64,000 bases of DNA from Treponema sp. (GTDB taxonomy: Bacteria; Spirochaetota; Spirochaetia; Treponematales; Treponemataceae), in the NCBI GenBank assembly GCA_024402475.1, contig JAKSTQ010000006.1, positions 28,529 through 92,528 on the forward strand, in the 5' to 3' direction. Positions 1 through 9,520 of the stretch are shown here, one piece after another. Every line of letters begins with the position of its first letter. Positions within the stretch are counted from its first letter, which is position 1. The notes under the pieces were generated by a model. The model ran no database searches. It saw only the letters and a program-made list of their open reading frames with translations, and had not been told where the DNA came from. The position numbers were made by a program, and so were the translations under genes.

Positions 1-482
1 TAAATTCAGTAATTAAAAAGGACAGCCTCGAAGTCAAGGCAGCAGATGGAACTTCATTAATCTTGAAGCTTGGTCTCTGCCAGGATTTCTTTGCTGCGCT
101 TTCCAAAGAAATTTTTTCAGGCTTAAAAAAGAAAGACAGAGATTATTTTCTTACATATTCCCTTACAAAAGATTGCGGCGGAAAACTTGTGTATTGTATG
201 GAAGAACTGCTTAATATATCAGACAGGGATATGCAGAAAGGATTGCGTGAAACTGATGAAGCAGACATTGCAAAAGCTCTGGTAAAAGTATCTGATAAGG
301 TTCAGAAAAAGTTTTATCAGAATATGTCAAAGAAGGCTGCTGCAGGTCTCAAAGAAAAGGTTACCGCTAATTCAAAATTAAAAAAGACAGAAGTTGAAGC
401 TGCACAGAATAAAGTGCTTTCAATTTACAATAAGCTGATTACAAAAGGTGAAATTGTTCCAAAGTTTTTTATCTGTAATTAA
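1..482 (+). CDS. FliG C-terminal domain-containing protein (5'-truncated by window edge)
   Basis: Frame is open from base 3. EELLNISDRDMQKGLRETDEADIAKAL..NMSKKAA..EVEAAQNKVL..GEI resembles the FliG_C ARM and torque-helix region; the upstream part is not FliG-like. Confidence 0.75.
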   Translation, partial: NSVIKKDSLEVKAADGTSLILKLGLCQDFFAALSKEIFSGLKKKDRDYFLTYSLTKDCGGKLVYCMEELLNISDRDMQKGLRETDEADIAKALVKVSDKVQKKFYQNMSKKAAAGLKEKVTANSKLKKTEVEAAQNKVLSIYNKLITKGEIVPKFFICN

Positions 483-487
483 GCTGT

Positions 488-521
488 AAAAACGGTCCGG
501 GAAAATCCGGACCGTTTTTTT
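488..521. terminator. Bidirectional intrinsic terminator
   Basis: AAAAACGGTCCGG-gaaaat-CCGGACCGTTTTTTT between convergent genes. Confidence 0.9.
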
Positions 522-529
522 ATGTATTG

Positions 530-1093
530 TTATCTTCCCTTGTTTGCGCCTGCTTTTTTCAGGGCTTCGACTGCATCGCAGTATTCTGTGATTCCTGTAA
601 ATGCAATCAGGACTGGTGCAGGAGTTCTTTTTTCAGTTCCTTTTAGTTCAATTGTAAGAATATTTGTCTGTTTGCTTTCCGGATTTTTCCAGTCGACACC
701 GGCAAAGGATTTTATGTCTTCGTATAAGGTAACCTGTCCGCCTCCGATGATAGCATTTTTGTAAATTCCATTGAGGCTGTTGAATGCCTGTTCACGGCTT
801 ATCATGTAAGAAGAAAGACAGCTGATTCCACATGCCATTAATACGACATAAAAATTTACACGGGACATAAGACAGAACAAAATCAGAAGAGGGCAAAGGA
901 TGCAGACCACAATTCCTTTTAATGGACTTGGACTTGTTGTCTTGAAGATAAGTTCTCCAGCCTGTGCCTTTGCTTTAACTTTCTTTGAACCGATGGAAGC
1001 GATTTCAATCAGCAGAAAAATTACGCTGATAATTACGGCTGCAAGCTGAATAATTCCCTGTGATGATTGTGTCAAAAGAAGAATGTTTTTCAT
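530..1093 (-). CDS. Hypothetical membrane protein (~3 TM)
   Basis: 187 aa, three hydrophobic segments, last gene of a tightly packed minus-strand operon. Confidence 0.7.
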   Translation of the reverse strand: MKNILLLTQSSQGIIQLAAVIISVIFLLIEIASIGSKKVKAKAQAGELIFKTTSPSPLKGIVVCILCPLLILFCLMSRVNFYVVLMACGISCLSSYMISREQAFNSLNGIYKNAIIGGGQVTLYEDIKSFAGVDWKNPESKQTNILTIELKGTEKRTPAPVLIAFTGITEYCDAVEALKKAGANKGR

Positions 1094-1095
1094 TT

Positions 1096-1650
1096 TTATT
1101 TACCTCTGTTTTTTAACCAGACTTTAATTGCTTTTGCATGAGATTCAAACGCAATGTCGAGATTGTCCAGATCCTGTGGAGTTTCGATTTTTATGTTAAC
1201 AAATTCCTGAACTTCTGTTTCCTGTTTTTTCATAAGGTCAGTCAGTTTTTTGCCTTCCTTTTTTAGTGAGTCAAATCGGGCTGCAAAAAATGTGTCGCAG
1301 GTTTTGTAAGTAATGTCTTTGTAGATGTATGTGTTCGGAAAGGATGCTACATATTCAATTGAATCAGGTTCAATGCCTGTTTCTTCAAGACACTCGCGGC
1401 GGCAAGCTTCTTCTGCGGATTCATCAAGGTCAATAAAGCCGCCTGGCATTGTAAGAAAGCCGCGTTTTGGTTCTTTTGCACGTTTTTCAAAAATGATGGA
1501 ACCGTCAGTATCCGTAATTATTAAGGTTGCGCTTGCGGCTACATTGTTGTAAAGAGTAAATCCGCATGATGAACATACCCATTTTTTGTTGTCTGTATAA
1601 TTAACTGCGGGTTTGCCGCATTTTGGGCAGAAAGAAAAATCGTTTGACAT
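1096..1650 (-). CDS. NUDIX hydrolase with N-terminal zinc ribbon
   Basis: CPKC..CSSC ribbon; Nudix box GGFIDLDESAEEACRRECLEETG. Confidence 0.9.
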   Translation of the reverse strand: MSNDFSFCPKCGKPAVNYTDNKKWVCSSCGFTLYNNVAASATLIITDTDGSIIFEKRAKEPKRGFLTMPGGFIDLDESAEEACRRECLEETGIEPDSIEYVASFPNTYIYKDITYKTCDTFFAARFDSLKKEGKKLTDLMKKQETEVQEFVNIKIETPQDLDNLDIAFESHAKAIKVWLKNRGK

Positions 1651-1654
1651 TTAT

Positions 1655-2431
1655 TTATCTCCTTAAGGCAGATCCGTCAGTTGAACTTGATGAGGCAGTT
1701 TTTATTGAGATCAAATCTTTTATAACTTCACCAGCAATTAAAAGTCCTGCAACAGAAGGTGTAAAGGCGTTGCTTGCCGGTGCGGGTCGTCCGCCTTTAA
1801 GTTCTGATGATTCTTCTTCTGGATAAAATGGAGTCAAAGGTTCTTCTTTAGAATAGCAGACTTTGACTTTTGTTATTTTAAGCTGCTTGAGTTTCTGTCG
1901 GATAACGCGGGCTAAAGGGCAGACAGAAGTTTTGCTGATGTCTGTAATTTCAAACTGCTGGGGATCAATTTTATTCCCGGCACCCATGCAGCTTATAACA
2001 GGAATGTTGTTCTGTTTTGCGACACGAATCAATTCAACTTTTGCAGTAACTGTATCAATGCAGTCGACAACATAGTCGTAAGAAGAAAAATCAAAGCTGT
2101 CTGTATTTTCCGGCAGAAAGAATGTCTGATAAGTTTTAACGATGCATTCAGGATTGATGTCTGCGATTCTTTGCTGTGCTATCTGAACTTTTGGAAGACC
2201 GACAGTACTCTGCAGTGCATACAGCTGGCGGTTGATGTTGCTTACACTTACTGTGTCGCTGTCAATCAGATCGAGTGCACCGATTCCGGTTCTTGCTAAG
2301 GCTTCGACAGTGTAAGATCCAACTCCGCCAAGACCAAAAACTGCAACACGGCATTTAGAAAGCTGCTCAAGTGAATCTGGTCCAAAAGTATATTGTGTTC
2401 TTAAAAAAGTTTTTTTTCTGTCAAAGGCCAT
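1655..2431 (-). CDS. tcdA: tRNA threonylcarbamoyladenosine dehydratase (ThiF/E1 family)
   Basis: GLGGVGS, SNINRQ, DCID, MGAGNK, SKTSVCPLAR, YSKE motifs. Confidence 0.85.
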   Translation of the reverse strand: MAFDRKKTFLRTQYTFGPDSLEQLSKCRVAVFGLGGVGSYTVEALARTGIGALDLIDSDTVSVSNINRQLYALQSTVGLPKVQIAQQRIADINPECIVKTYQTFFLPENTDSFDFSSYDYVVDCIDTVTAKVELIRVAKQNNIPVISCMGAGNKIDPQQFEITDISKTSVCPLARVIRQKLKQLKITKVKVCYSKEEPLTPFYPEEESSELKGGRPAPASNAFTPSVAGLLIAGEVIKDLISIKTASSSSTDGSALRR

Positions 2432-2439
2432 AAGTGACT

Positions 2440-2826
2440 CTATTCGTCGTCTTCTTCCATGTCTGCATTCTGACGTTCGCGTACGGCTTTGGACAAGAGT
2501 GCGATTTCTGCATCAAGTTCATCTTTGTTAAGGGAAGTGAAAACTTTGTCGCAGGCAGAACTGACGCGGGTGATTGCCTGACCGAGAGCCCATTCAAATT
2601 TTCCGGCACGAACGCTTGGACTTGGTTCAATTGTGTTTACAAGTTCAAAAAGTTCTGCAATCTGATTTTTTTCTTCAGGATAGTTGTCCTTAAGGTTAAA
2701 GGCTTTCTGATTCAGGATATCCATTCGGGAACGAATCTGTTCCATGGATTCCTGTGCAGTACGCTGACTTTCGAGATCTTTTTTGTTGCTTGAAAAAATT
2801 GATTTTACTATTTGTAATAATGACAT
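2440..2826 (-). CDS. Hypothetical helical protein
   Basis: 128 aa, operonic spacing, host-like codon usage. Confidence 0.7.
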   Translation of the reverse strand: MSLLQIVKSIFSSNKKDLESQRTAQESMEQIRSRMDILNQKAFNLKDNYPEEKNQIAELFELVNTIEPSPSVRAGKFEWALGQAITRVSSACDKVFTSLNKDELDAEIALLSKAVRERQNADMEEDDE

Positions 2827-2837
2827 TTTTATTCCTG

Positions 2838-4493
2838 TTATTGTGTCTGTGCCAGCAAACTTGAGATTGAGAAACAGTTGTCTCCGATTTTTTCAATCTG
2901 GCGGACGATATCAATGTACAAAAGTTCTGCTTTTACATCGGCGCCGCTTTCGAGGCGTTTGCGTGCAACTTTTTTGAGGGTTTTGCGCCAGTAGTTGATT
3001 GAGTCTTCAAGTTCCTGCGCCATGGCAAGTTTGTCGGCATTGAGGTGCTTGTTGATGTTTATGTAAATGAACTGGAGGAACTGGCGTGCAAGTTCAACAT
3101 AAGGAACCAGCTGTTCCATGTCCTGCTGTTCAAATTTCATATTCTTTGTGATGCTCTTGGAAATAAGCATTGAAAGTGTGTAACAGTTGTCTGACATGTT
3201 TTCCAGGTCATCAACAACCTGCATCATGATTGAAAGGTTTGTTGCCTGGCGTTCTGTTACAGGAAGGCGTGTAACGTTTACCAGATAGCGGATAATCTGT
3301 TCGTGCATCTGGTCAACATAATCTTCGTCAATGACAAGCTGAGGTGCGTGGATTTCGACAAAGGTCTTGTCACGCTTCATACAGCCTTCCTGAATTTTGT
3401 CGAACATCTGGGTAACTGCATCTGTCATGTTGCTGATTTCTTTTTCTGCACTGATGATGTAAGCAGTAACGTTTTCTTTTGCAGCTGTTTCTTTGAATTC
3501 AAATGAGTAGGCTGCAGGCTTGTCTGTCTTTTTGTTCTTGATCATTATCTGTGTAAGTTTAACGATCTGGTTTACAAAAGGAATGAATATAATTGTAGAA
3601 ATTGTTTTAAATACTGTATGGAGCATTGAAATACGGATTGCAATGTTCGCATTTTCCTGTCCAGGAGTACAGAAAGTTACCAGTTTAAGGAATGGTGTAA
3701 AGAAAATCAGCGCAAGAACTGTTCCGAATACGTTGAACAGAACATGAACCAGTGCTGAGCGTCTTGCATCTGTAGAAGTTCCAAAGCTTGCCATGATTGC
3801 GTCGATTGTAGAACCGATGTTTGAGCCCAGTGTAAGTGCACAGGCAAATTCCCAGGTAATGAGCTTGTTGTATGCAAGAGTAATTACAATGGCACTGAAT
3901 GCAGAAGATGAATGTAAAAGTGCTGTGATCCCTGTTCCGATTGCAAAACCGATAATGATTGACCAGATCCCGAAATTCTGAATGTCAGCAAGCCATGTAA
4001 GTTTTTCAGGATCAAAAGAGAAAATGTCAGAAAGCCAGCTTAATCCGATGAACAGAAGCCCGAATCCCATGATTGCTTCTGCAATGTTTCTGTAACGGCC
4101 TTTTTTTGCAAGTGAAAGGAAATATCCAAGTCCGAAAATCGGAATGGCAAATGCACTGATTTTGAAGTTGAACCCGAAAATCGAAACGATCCAGGCTGTG
4201 ATTGTAGTACCGATATTGGCACCAAAGATTACACCGACTGACTGAGTGAGTGTCAAAAGGCCTGCATTAACAAAAGTAACAACCATAGCAGTAGTAGCGC
4301 CTGATGACTGAATGATCATGGTGATTACAAGACCGGTTAAAAGCCCTACAAAGCGGTTTCCCGTCATCATTGCAAGAGTACGCTGAAGTTTTTCACCGGC
4401 ACTCTTTTGTACACCATCGCTCATAAGCTTCATTCCATATAGCAGGAATCCAAGACTGCCTACAAGCTGTAAAATTGTTGTTACTATAGCCAT
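2838..4493 (-). CDS. Na+/Pi cotransporter family protein with C-terminal PhoU-like domain
   Basis: QSSGAT and HSSSA repeats, GANIGTT and GSNIGST; helical C-terminus with DDLENMSD and IEKIGD. Confidence 0.9.
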   Translation of the reverse strand: MAIVTTILQLVGSLGFLLYGMKLMSDGVQKSAGEKLQRTLAMMTGNRFVGLLTGLVITMIIQSSGATTAMVVTFVNAGLLTLTQSVGVIFGANIGTTITAWIVSIFGFNFKISAFAIPIFGLGYFLSLAKKGRYRNIAEAIMGFGLLFIGLSWLSDIFSFDPEKLTWLADIQNFGIWSIIIGFAIGTGITALLHSSSAFSAIVITLAYNKLITWEFACALTLGSNIGSTIDAIMASFGTSTDARRSALVHVLFNVFGTVLALIFFTPFLKLVTFCTPGQENANIAIRISMLHTVFKTISTIIFIPFVNQIVKLTQIMIKNKKTDKPAAYSFEFKETAAKENVTAYIISAEKEISNMTDAVTQMFDKIQEGCMKRDKTFVEIHAPQLVIDEDYVDQMHEQIIRYLVNVTRLPVTERQATNLSIMMQVVDDLENMSDNCYTLSMLISKSITKNMKFEQQDMEQLVPYVELARQFLQFIYININKHLNADKLAMAQELEDSINYWRKTLKKVARKRLESGADVKAELLYIDIVRQIEKIGDNCFSISSLLAQTQ

Positions 4494-4499
4494 AGAATC

Positions 4500-4529
4500 A
4501 GTTTACCATATATTGAAAATAATATTCAA
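4500..4529 (-). promoter_or_regulatory. sigma70 promoter, leaderless configuration
   Basis: TTGAAT-N18-TAAACT with TGn extension, 6 nt before the ATG at 4493; no SD. Confidence 0.6.
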
Positions 4530-4609
4530 TTGATGTGGTGCAGTAGGCATAAACAGGATAAATTGGTATAATTTACAAGATATACACCTAATTTATGAGG
4601 AGAAATTCA

Positions 4610-5701
4610 ATGGCAGATAAAGTTGCATTGATTACAGGTATTACAGGACAGGACGGTTCGTTCCTTGCTGAATTTCTTTTAGACAAAGGTTACGAAGTTC
4701 ACGGAATTATCCGTCGTTCTTCATCTTTTAATACAGGCCGTATTGAACATCTTTATATAGAAGATTTGATTGAAGATATGCACAAAGACCGTAAGGTTCG
4801 CCTTCATTATGGAGACCTTACAGACTCAGAAAGTTTGATTCGCCTTATCCGTGAAATTAAACCTACAGAAATTTACAACCTTGGTGCACAGAGCCATGTT
4901 CAGGTTTCATTTGAAGTTCCTGAATACACTGCAGATACAGATGCAACAGGCGTTCTTCGTATTCTTGAAGCAGTTCACTTCCTTGGAATGGAAAAGACAT
5001 GCCGCATTTATCAGGCTTCTACTTCTGAACTTTTTGGTCTTGTTCAGGAAATTCCACAGAAAGAAACAACTCCATTCTACCCACGCTCACCATATGCAGT
5101 TGCAAAACTTTATGGTTTCTGGATTATGAAAAACTACCGCGAATCTTACAATATGTTCTGCTGTAACGGTATTCTTTTTAATCATGAATCAGAACGCCGT
5201 GGTGAAACATTCGTAACCCGTAAAATTACACTCGCTGCAAGCCGCATTGCAAAAGGTCTTCAGAAAAAACTTTATCTTGGTAACCTTAATTCCCTTCGTG
5301 ACTGGGGTTACGCTAAAGACTATGTTGAATGTATGTGGCTCATGCTTCAGCAGGATAAACCGGACGACTTCGTAGTTGCTACCGGTGAACAGTATTCTGT
5401 AAGAGATTTCTGTCGTCTTGCATTCAAGGAAGCAGGAATTGAACTTGAATTCCAGGGTGAAGGCGTAAACGAAAAAGGCATCAATAAGGCAACTGGTGAT
5501 GTTCTTATCGAAGTTGACCCTAAATATTTCCGTCCTGCAGAAGTAGAAACTCTTCTTGGTGATCCAACCAAAGCAAAAACAGTTCTTGGCTGGAACCCAC
5601 GCAAAACTTCTTTTGAAGAACTTGTTCACATCATGATGAAACACGACCTTGAATTTGTTGTTCGTGATGCTCTTGCAAGAGGAAAAAAAGTAAGTGACTA
5701 A
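4610..5701 (+). CDS. gmd: GDP-mannose 4,6-dehydratase
   Basis: [40 protein letters not shown]. Start moved to the ATG at 4610 after GAGGAG. Confidence 0.97.
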   Translation: MADKVALITGITGQDGSFLAEFLLDKGYEVHGIIRRSSSFNTGRIEHLYIEDLIEDMHKDRKVRLHYGDLTDSESLIRLIREIKPTEIYNLGAQSHVQVSFEVPEYTADTDATGVLRILEAVHFLGMEKTCRIYQASTSELFGLVQEIPQKETTPFYPRSPYAVAKLYGFWIMKNYRESYNMFCCNGILFNHESERRGETFVTRKITLAASRIAKGLQKKLYLGNLNSLRDWGYAKDYVECMWLMLQQDKPDDFVVATGEQYSVRDFCRLAFKEAGIELEFQGEGVNEKGINKATGDVLIEVDPKYFRPAEVETLLGDPTKAKTVLGWNPRKTSFEELVHIMMKHDLEFVVRDALARGKKVSD

Positions 5702-6530
5702 GCTTCCTGACGGAAAACTTGATCCAAAAATCATAGCTCTTGATCTGGATGATACTCTTCTGGACAGCGAGCTTAAAATTTCTGACGGAACAGTAAAGGC
5801 TTTGAAGGCTGCCGCTCAAAAGGGAATCTTCATCGTGCCATGTTCCGGAAGAACTGAAAATGCGATTCTTCCGTTTGTGCGATGCCTTGATATTGCCGGA
5901 ACTCCTGAGGGCCGTTATATCATTGCATCCAACGGAACAAGCATTTTTGACCTGCATACAAGGCAGCCTGTTTTCAGCGCAAAGGTAGACGGAGAGATTC
6001 TGGTTTACTGTGCAAAGGCTGCAGCTCAGGCAGGATTTCCCTGCCAGGTTTACGACCCGTCTACAATTTATGCCAGCGTTGATAATGATTACACTCAGCT
6101 GGACGCAAAACTCTGCAATCTTAAACTTGAAGTCGTTCCTGATTTTGAAAATTTCCTGATGAAAGGTCATCCAAAAATGGTTATTCCCGGGGATCCTGAA
6201 AAGCTTCAGATTCTTCAGGCAAAGCTTAAGGAAGAACTTGGTTCAAAAGCAGTTATTTTTATTTCAAAACCCTATTTCCTTGAAGTCATGCCGCCTGACT
6301 GCGGGAAAGGTGAAGCACTTTTAATTCTTGCAGAAAAACTTGGAATCGATCAGAAGTACACAATGTCTTTTGGCGACAGCATGAACGATGAATCCATGAT
6401 GCGCATGGCAAATTACAGTGTTGCAATGTGTAATGGTCTTGAATATATTCAGCAGATTTCAAAATTTGTAACCCGAAAAAGTAATAATGAAGATGGAATC
6501 GGTGATTTCTTAACCGAATTCGTATTGTAA
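5694..6530 (+). CDS. Cof-type HAD-IIB phosphatase
   Basis: DLDDTLL, SGR, KG, GDSMND motifs; GTG start overlapping the gmd stop. Confidence 0.9.
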   Translation: MTKLPDGKLDPKIIALDLDDTLLDSELKISDGTVKALKAAAQKGIFIVPCSGRTENAILPFVRCLDIAGTPEGRYIIASNGTSIFDLHTRQPVFSAKVDGEILVYCAKAAAQAGFPCQVYDPSTIYASVDNDYTQLDAKLCNLKLEVVPDFENFLMKGHPKMVIPGDPEKLQILQAKLKEELGSKAVIFISKPYFLEVMPPDCGKGEALLILAEKLGIDQKYTMSFGDSMNDESMMRMANYSVAMCNGLEYIQQISKFVTRKSNNEDGIGDFLTEFVL

Positions 6531-6629
6531 AAATTCTTGTATAAAAAATTGTTTTTTTTTAGTCTTTCTCAAATTTAAAGGTTATACTTTTAGTATATTA
6601 GTGGAAAAATTTTAAAGGAGGCATGTGTA

Positions 6630-7979
6630 ATGAAAAAGACATTGGCACTGGCAGCAGCTGCAGTAGTTTTTTTTGGTTTTACTTCATGTGGAAAAAAGGA
6701 TGTTCCTGTAACAGAAATCAAACAGTATGAAGGTTATACACTTTTGTGGAATGACGAATTTGATGGGGAACAGCTCAATGAATCAATCTGGAATATCGAA
6801 CGCCGTGCACCAGGTTGGGTAAACAGTGAACTTCAGGAATATACAAACAGTCCTGAAAATATTTTTGTAAAAGACGGATTCTTGACAATCAAGGCTCTCA
6901 AAACCAAGAAGGGCAGTCGTGACCATTATACTTCCGGAAAAGTTCAGACATGTAACAAACAGGACTTTAAATACGGTAAAGTAGTAACCCGCGCAAAAAT
7001 TCCTGCTGGACAGGGATTGTGGCCTGCAATCTGGATGATGCCTACAAATGTTGGTATTTACGGACAGTGGCCAAGATGTGGTGAAATCGATATTCTCGAA
7101 ATTCTTGGAAACGATCCTAAAACTGCATACGGTACAATTCACTTTGGAAACCCTCACATGCAGCGCCAGGGAATTTATAAACTTGAAAACGGATCTTTTG
7201 CTGATGACTACCATGAATTTACAGTTGACTGGGAACCAGATTCAATCCGTTATTACATTGATGATGTACTGTTCTTTGAAACAAATGACTGGTACAGTGC
7301 AAGCGGAAATGTTGTAAAACCATATCCTGCTCCATTCAACCAGAGATTTTATGTTCAGCTGAACCTTGCAGTTGGCGGTGACTGGCCGGGCAATCCTGAT
7401 AAAACAACAAACTTTAATAAGGCTGACTTCAAGATTGACTATGTTCGCGTTTATCAGAAAGCAGCTTATGATGAAAACATTGATAAACCGGGTGTAAAAC
7501 TTCCTTCTCCAGACGGAACAGGAAACCTTGTAATGAACGGTAATTTTGATAAAGACATTTCTTATGATGAACCTACAGGATGGAAATTCTACAGTGCTCA
7601 GGGTGGTGACGGATCTGTTACTATTAAGGACAATGTAATGAGTGTAGAAACAAAACTTCCTGGTTCTGAAGATTATGCAGTTCAGGTTTATTACGCATTC
7701 ATCGGAGCAGCAAGAGGCAAGACATACAAAATTACTTTTGATGCAAAAGCTGCAGAAGACAGAAAGATGAAGATTGCTGTAACAGCTCCTGACCGCAACT
7801 ACATCCGTTACCTTAATGATACTCCGGTTGAACTTACAAAAGACTGGAAAACATACACATTCGAATATACAATGAATCATGAAGATGATCCTACAGCTCG
7901 CCTTGAATTCAACATGGGACATGCAGGATCTAAAGCAACAATCGATTTCAGAAAAGTTCGTGTAGAAAAAATTGACTGA
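6630..7979 (+). CDS. GH16 laminarinase/beta-glucanase lipoprotein with C-terminal CBM4-like module
   Basis: Lipobox FTSC; WNDEFDG, WPAIWM, catalytic GEIDILE, NLAVGG; second domain starting NLVMNGNF. Confidence 0.9.
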   Translation: MKKTLALAAAAVVFFGFTSCGKKDVPVTEIKQYEGYTLLWNDEFDGEQLNESIWNIERRAPGWVNSELQEYTNSPENIFVKDGFLTIKALKTKKGSRDHYTSGKVQTCNKQDFKYGKVVTRAKIPAGQGLWPAIWMMPTNVGIYGQWPRCGEIDILEILGNDPKTAYGTIHFGNPHMQRQGIYKLENGSFADDYHEFTVDWEPDSIRYYIDDVLFFETNDWYSASGNVVKPYPAPFNQRFYVQLNLAVGGDWPGNPDKTTNFNKADFKIDYVRVYQKAAYDENIDKPGVKLPSPDGTGNLVMNGNFDKDISYDEPTGWKFYSAQGGDGSVTIKDNVMSVETKLPGSEDYAVQVYYAFIGAARGKTYKITFDAKAAEDRKMKIAVTAPDRNYIRYLNDTPVELTKDWKTYTFEYTMNHEDDPTARLEFNMGHAGSKATIDFRKVRVEKID

Positions 7980-8017
7980 TTTTGATATTGTGAATTCAGT
8001 TTGGAGGATTTGTTGTT

Positions 8018-9217
8018 ATGAAACTTGGAATTAAAAAATTTCTGTTAACAGGACTTGCTCTTGTAATGATTCTTGGTTCTGTATCCTGCGGTAATACCGT
8101 TCAGAAAAGTACAGAATTCAATGGTGTAACTGTGACTCAGGCTGTCAGCGAAATGGGACTTGGCTGGAATCTCGGTAATACACTTGATGCCTGTCAGACT
8201 GAACACGGCAGAGATTACAACGGCGGATTCAGTACAGAAACTTCATGGGGAATGCCAAAAACTACACAGGAAATGATTAAGTCTGTTAAGTCAATGGGAT
8301 TTTCTTCAATCAGACTTCCGGTTTCATGGCACAGTCATATTATTGACAGAGAAAATATCACAGTTGATCCGACCTGGATTGCACGCGTCAAGGAAATCGT
8401 TGACTGGTGTATGGAAGAAGATCTTTATGTAATCATCAATATTCACCATGATACTTCGCCTAACCTTCTGGGTGCTTTCGGTTATTTCCCTGATGAACGC
8501 GTTCATGACCAGTCAGTAAAATTCATCAGTCGTGTCTGGCAGCAGGTTGCTCAGGCATTCAATGAATATGATCATCATTTGATTTTTGAAACCCTCAACG
8601 AACCTCGTGCCCGCGCAGAAGCACATGAATGGAACTGTAATGAAAAATGGCTTTGCAAAAGCTGTAAAAAAGTAATGGCTTACATCAACGAATACAATCA
8701 GCTTGCAGTTGATACAATCCGTGCTACAGGCGGAAACAATGCCAGCCGTTTTATTATGGTTCCTTCGATTGCTGCTAATTATGAAGCAGCCCTTGCTCCG
8801 ACATTCAAGCTTCCTAAGGATCCTGCAGGAAACCTTATCTTAAGCGTTCACATGTACACACCTTATGATTTTGCAATGAATGTCCGTGAAGGCAGTTACG
8901 ATAATTTCCAGCAGAAAACTATGGATGAAATTGACTTCTATTTTAATAAGCTGGATGAAAAATTCGTTAAGAACGGCGTGCCTGTAGTAATCGGCGAAAT
9001 GGGTGCAACAAACAAGCACAATCTTGAAGACCGTGAAAAATGGATGTCTTACTTTATGAAAGGTGCTCATTCACGCACAATGGCTGCGGTTCTCTGGGAT
9101 AATGCAATCGAATTCAATACAGCAACACCTAACGAATCCTTTGGTCAGTTGAACAGAAGAACAATGACATGGTTCTTCCCGACAATGATTAAAGCCGGAG
9201 TAGATGCCTGTAAATAA
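8018..9217 (+). CDS. GH5 (subfamily 4-like) endoglucanase lipoprotein
   Basis: Lipobox SVSC; GWNLGNTLD, IRLPVSW, INIHH, ETLNEP (acid/base), SVHMY, IGEMG (nucleophile), WDN. Confidence 0.9.
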   Translation: MKLGIKKFLLTGLALVMILGSVSCGNTVQKSTEFNGVTVTQAVSEMGLGWNLGNTLDACQTEHGRDYNGGFSTETSWGMPKTTQEMIKSVKSMGFSSIRLPVSWHSHIIDRENITVDPTWIARVKEIVDWCMEEDLYVIINIHHDTSPNLLGAFGYFPDERVHDQSVKFISRVWQQVAQAFNEYDHHLIFETLNEPRARAEAHEWNCNEKWLCKSCKKVMAYINEYNQLAVDTIRATGGNNASRFIMVPSIAANYEAALAPTFKLPKDPAGNLILSVHMYTPYDFAMNVREGSYDNFQQKTMDEIDFYFNKLDEKFVKNGVPVVIGEMGATNKHNLEDREKWMSYFMKGAHSRTMAAVLWDNAIEFNTATPNESFGQLNRRTMTWFFPTMIKAGVDACK

Positions 9218-9241
9218 ATATTAAATTCATTAGAGAAGTTA

Positions 9242-9270
9242 TAGACAAAGAAAACTTTTTTTGTTATTAT
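9242..9270 (+). promoter_or_regulatory. sigma70 promoter of tRNA-Cys
   Basis: TAGACA-N17-TATTAT with TGn extension. Confidence 0.65.
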
Positions 9271-9282
9271 AACTTCTACTAC

Positions 9283-9354
9283 GGCGTGGTACCCAAGCGG
9301 TAAGGGACCGGTCTGCAAAACCGTCATTGGTTGGTTCAACTCCAATCCACGCCT
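9283..9354 (+). tRNA. tRNA-Cys(GCA), CCA not encoded
   Basis: Acceptor GGCGTGG/CCACGCC; D stem CCC/GGG; anticodon loop CTGCAAA; T arm GTTGG-TTCAACT-CCAAT; discriminator U. Confidence 0.95.
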
Positions 9355-9360
9355 CTTTGA

Positions 9361-9391
9361 GAGACTTGCTTAACGGCAAGTCTTTCTTTTT
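9361..9391 (+). terminator. Intrinsic terminator after tRNA-Cys
   Basis: AGACTTGC-ttaacg-GCAAGTCT followed by TTCTTTTT. Confidence 0.8.
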
Positions 9392-9393
9392 CC

Positions 9394-9505
9394 CGGTCGG
9401 TCTGGCAAAGCCGCGGCCGTTTAAATATATTTTGGCGGATAAGTTTTCTTGTTCGCCGCTGAATATTACGAGGTGTCTCCTTTATGGACGGCACCTCTTT
9501 TTTTT
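9394..9505 (+). ncRNA. Candidate structured RNA (three hairpins ending in a terminator-like stem plus U8)
   Basis: Stems at 9394-9419, 9434-9457 and 9470-9497, all with G-U pairs on the + strand; family not recognised. Confidence 0.3.
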
Positions 9506-9520
9506 GTTATACTAGATTTT

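Noticed and set aside
9404-9425. GCAAAGCCGCGGCC resembling part of a c-di-GMP-I riboswitch
   Set aside because: The upstream GGCAAA/GAAA-tetraloop stem and the closing P1 are missing.
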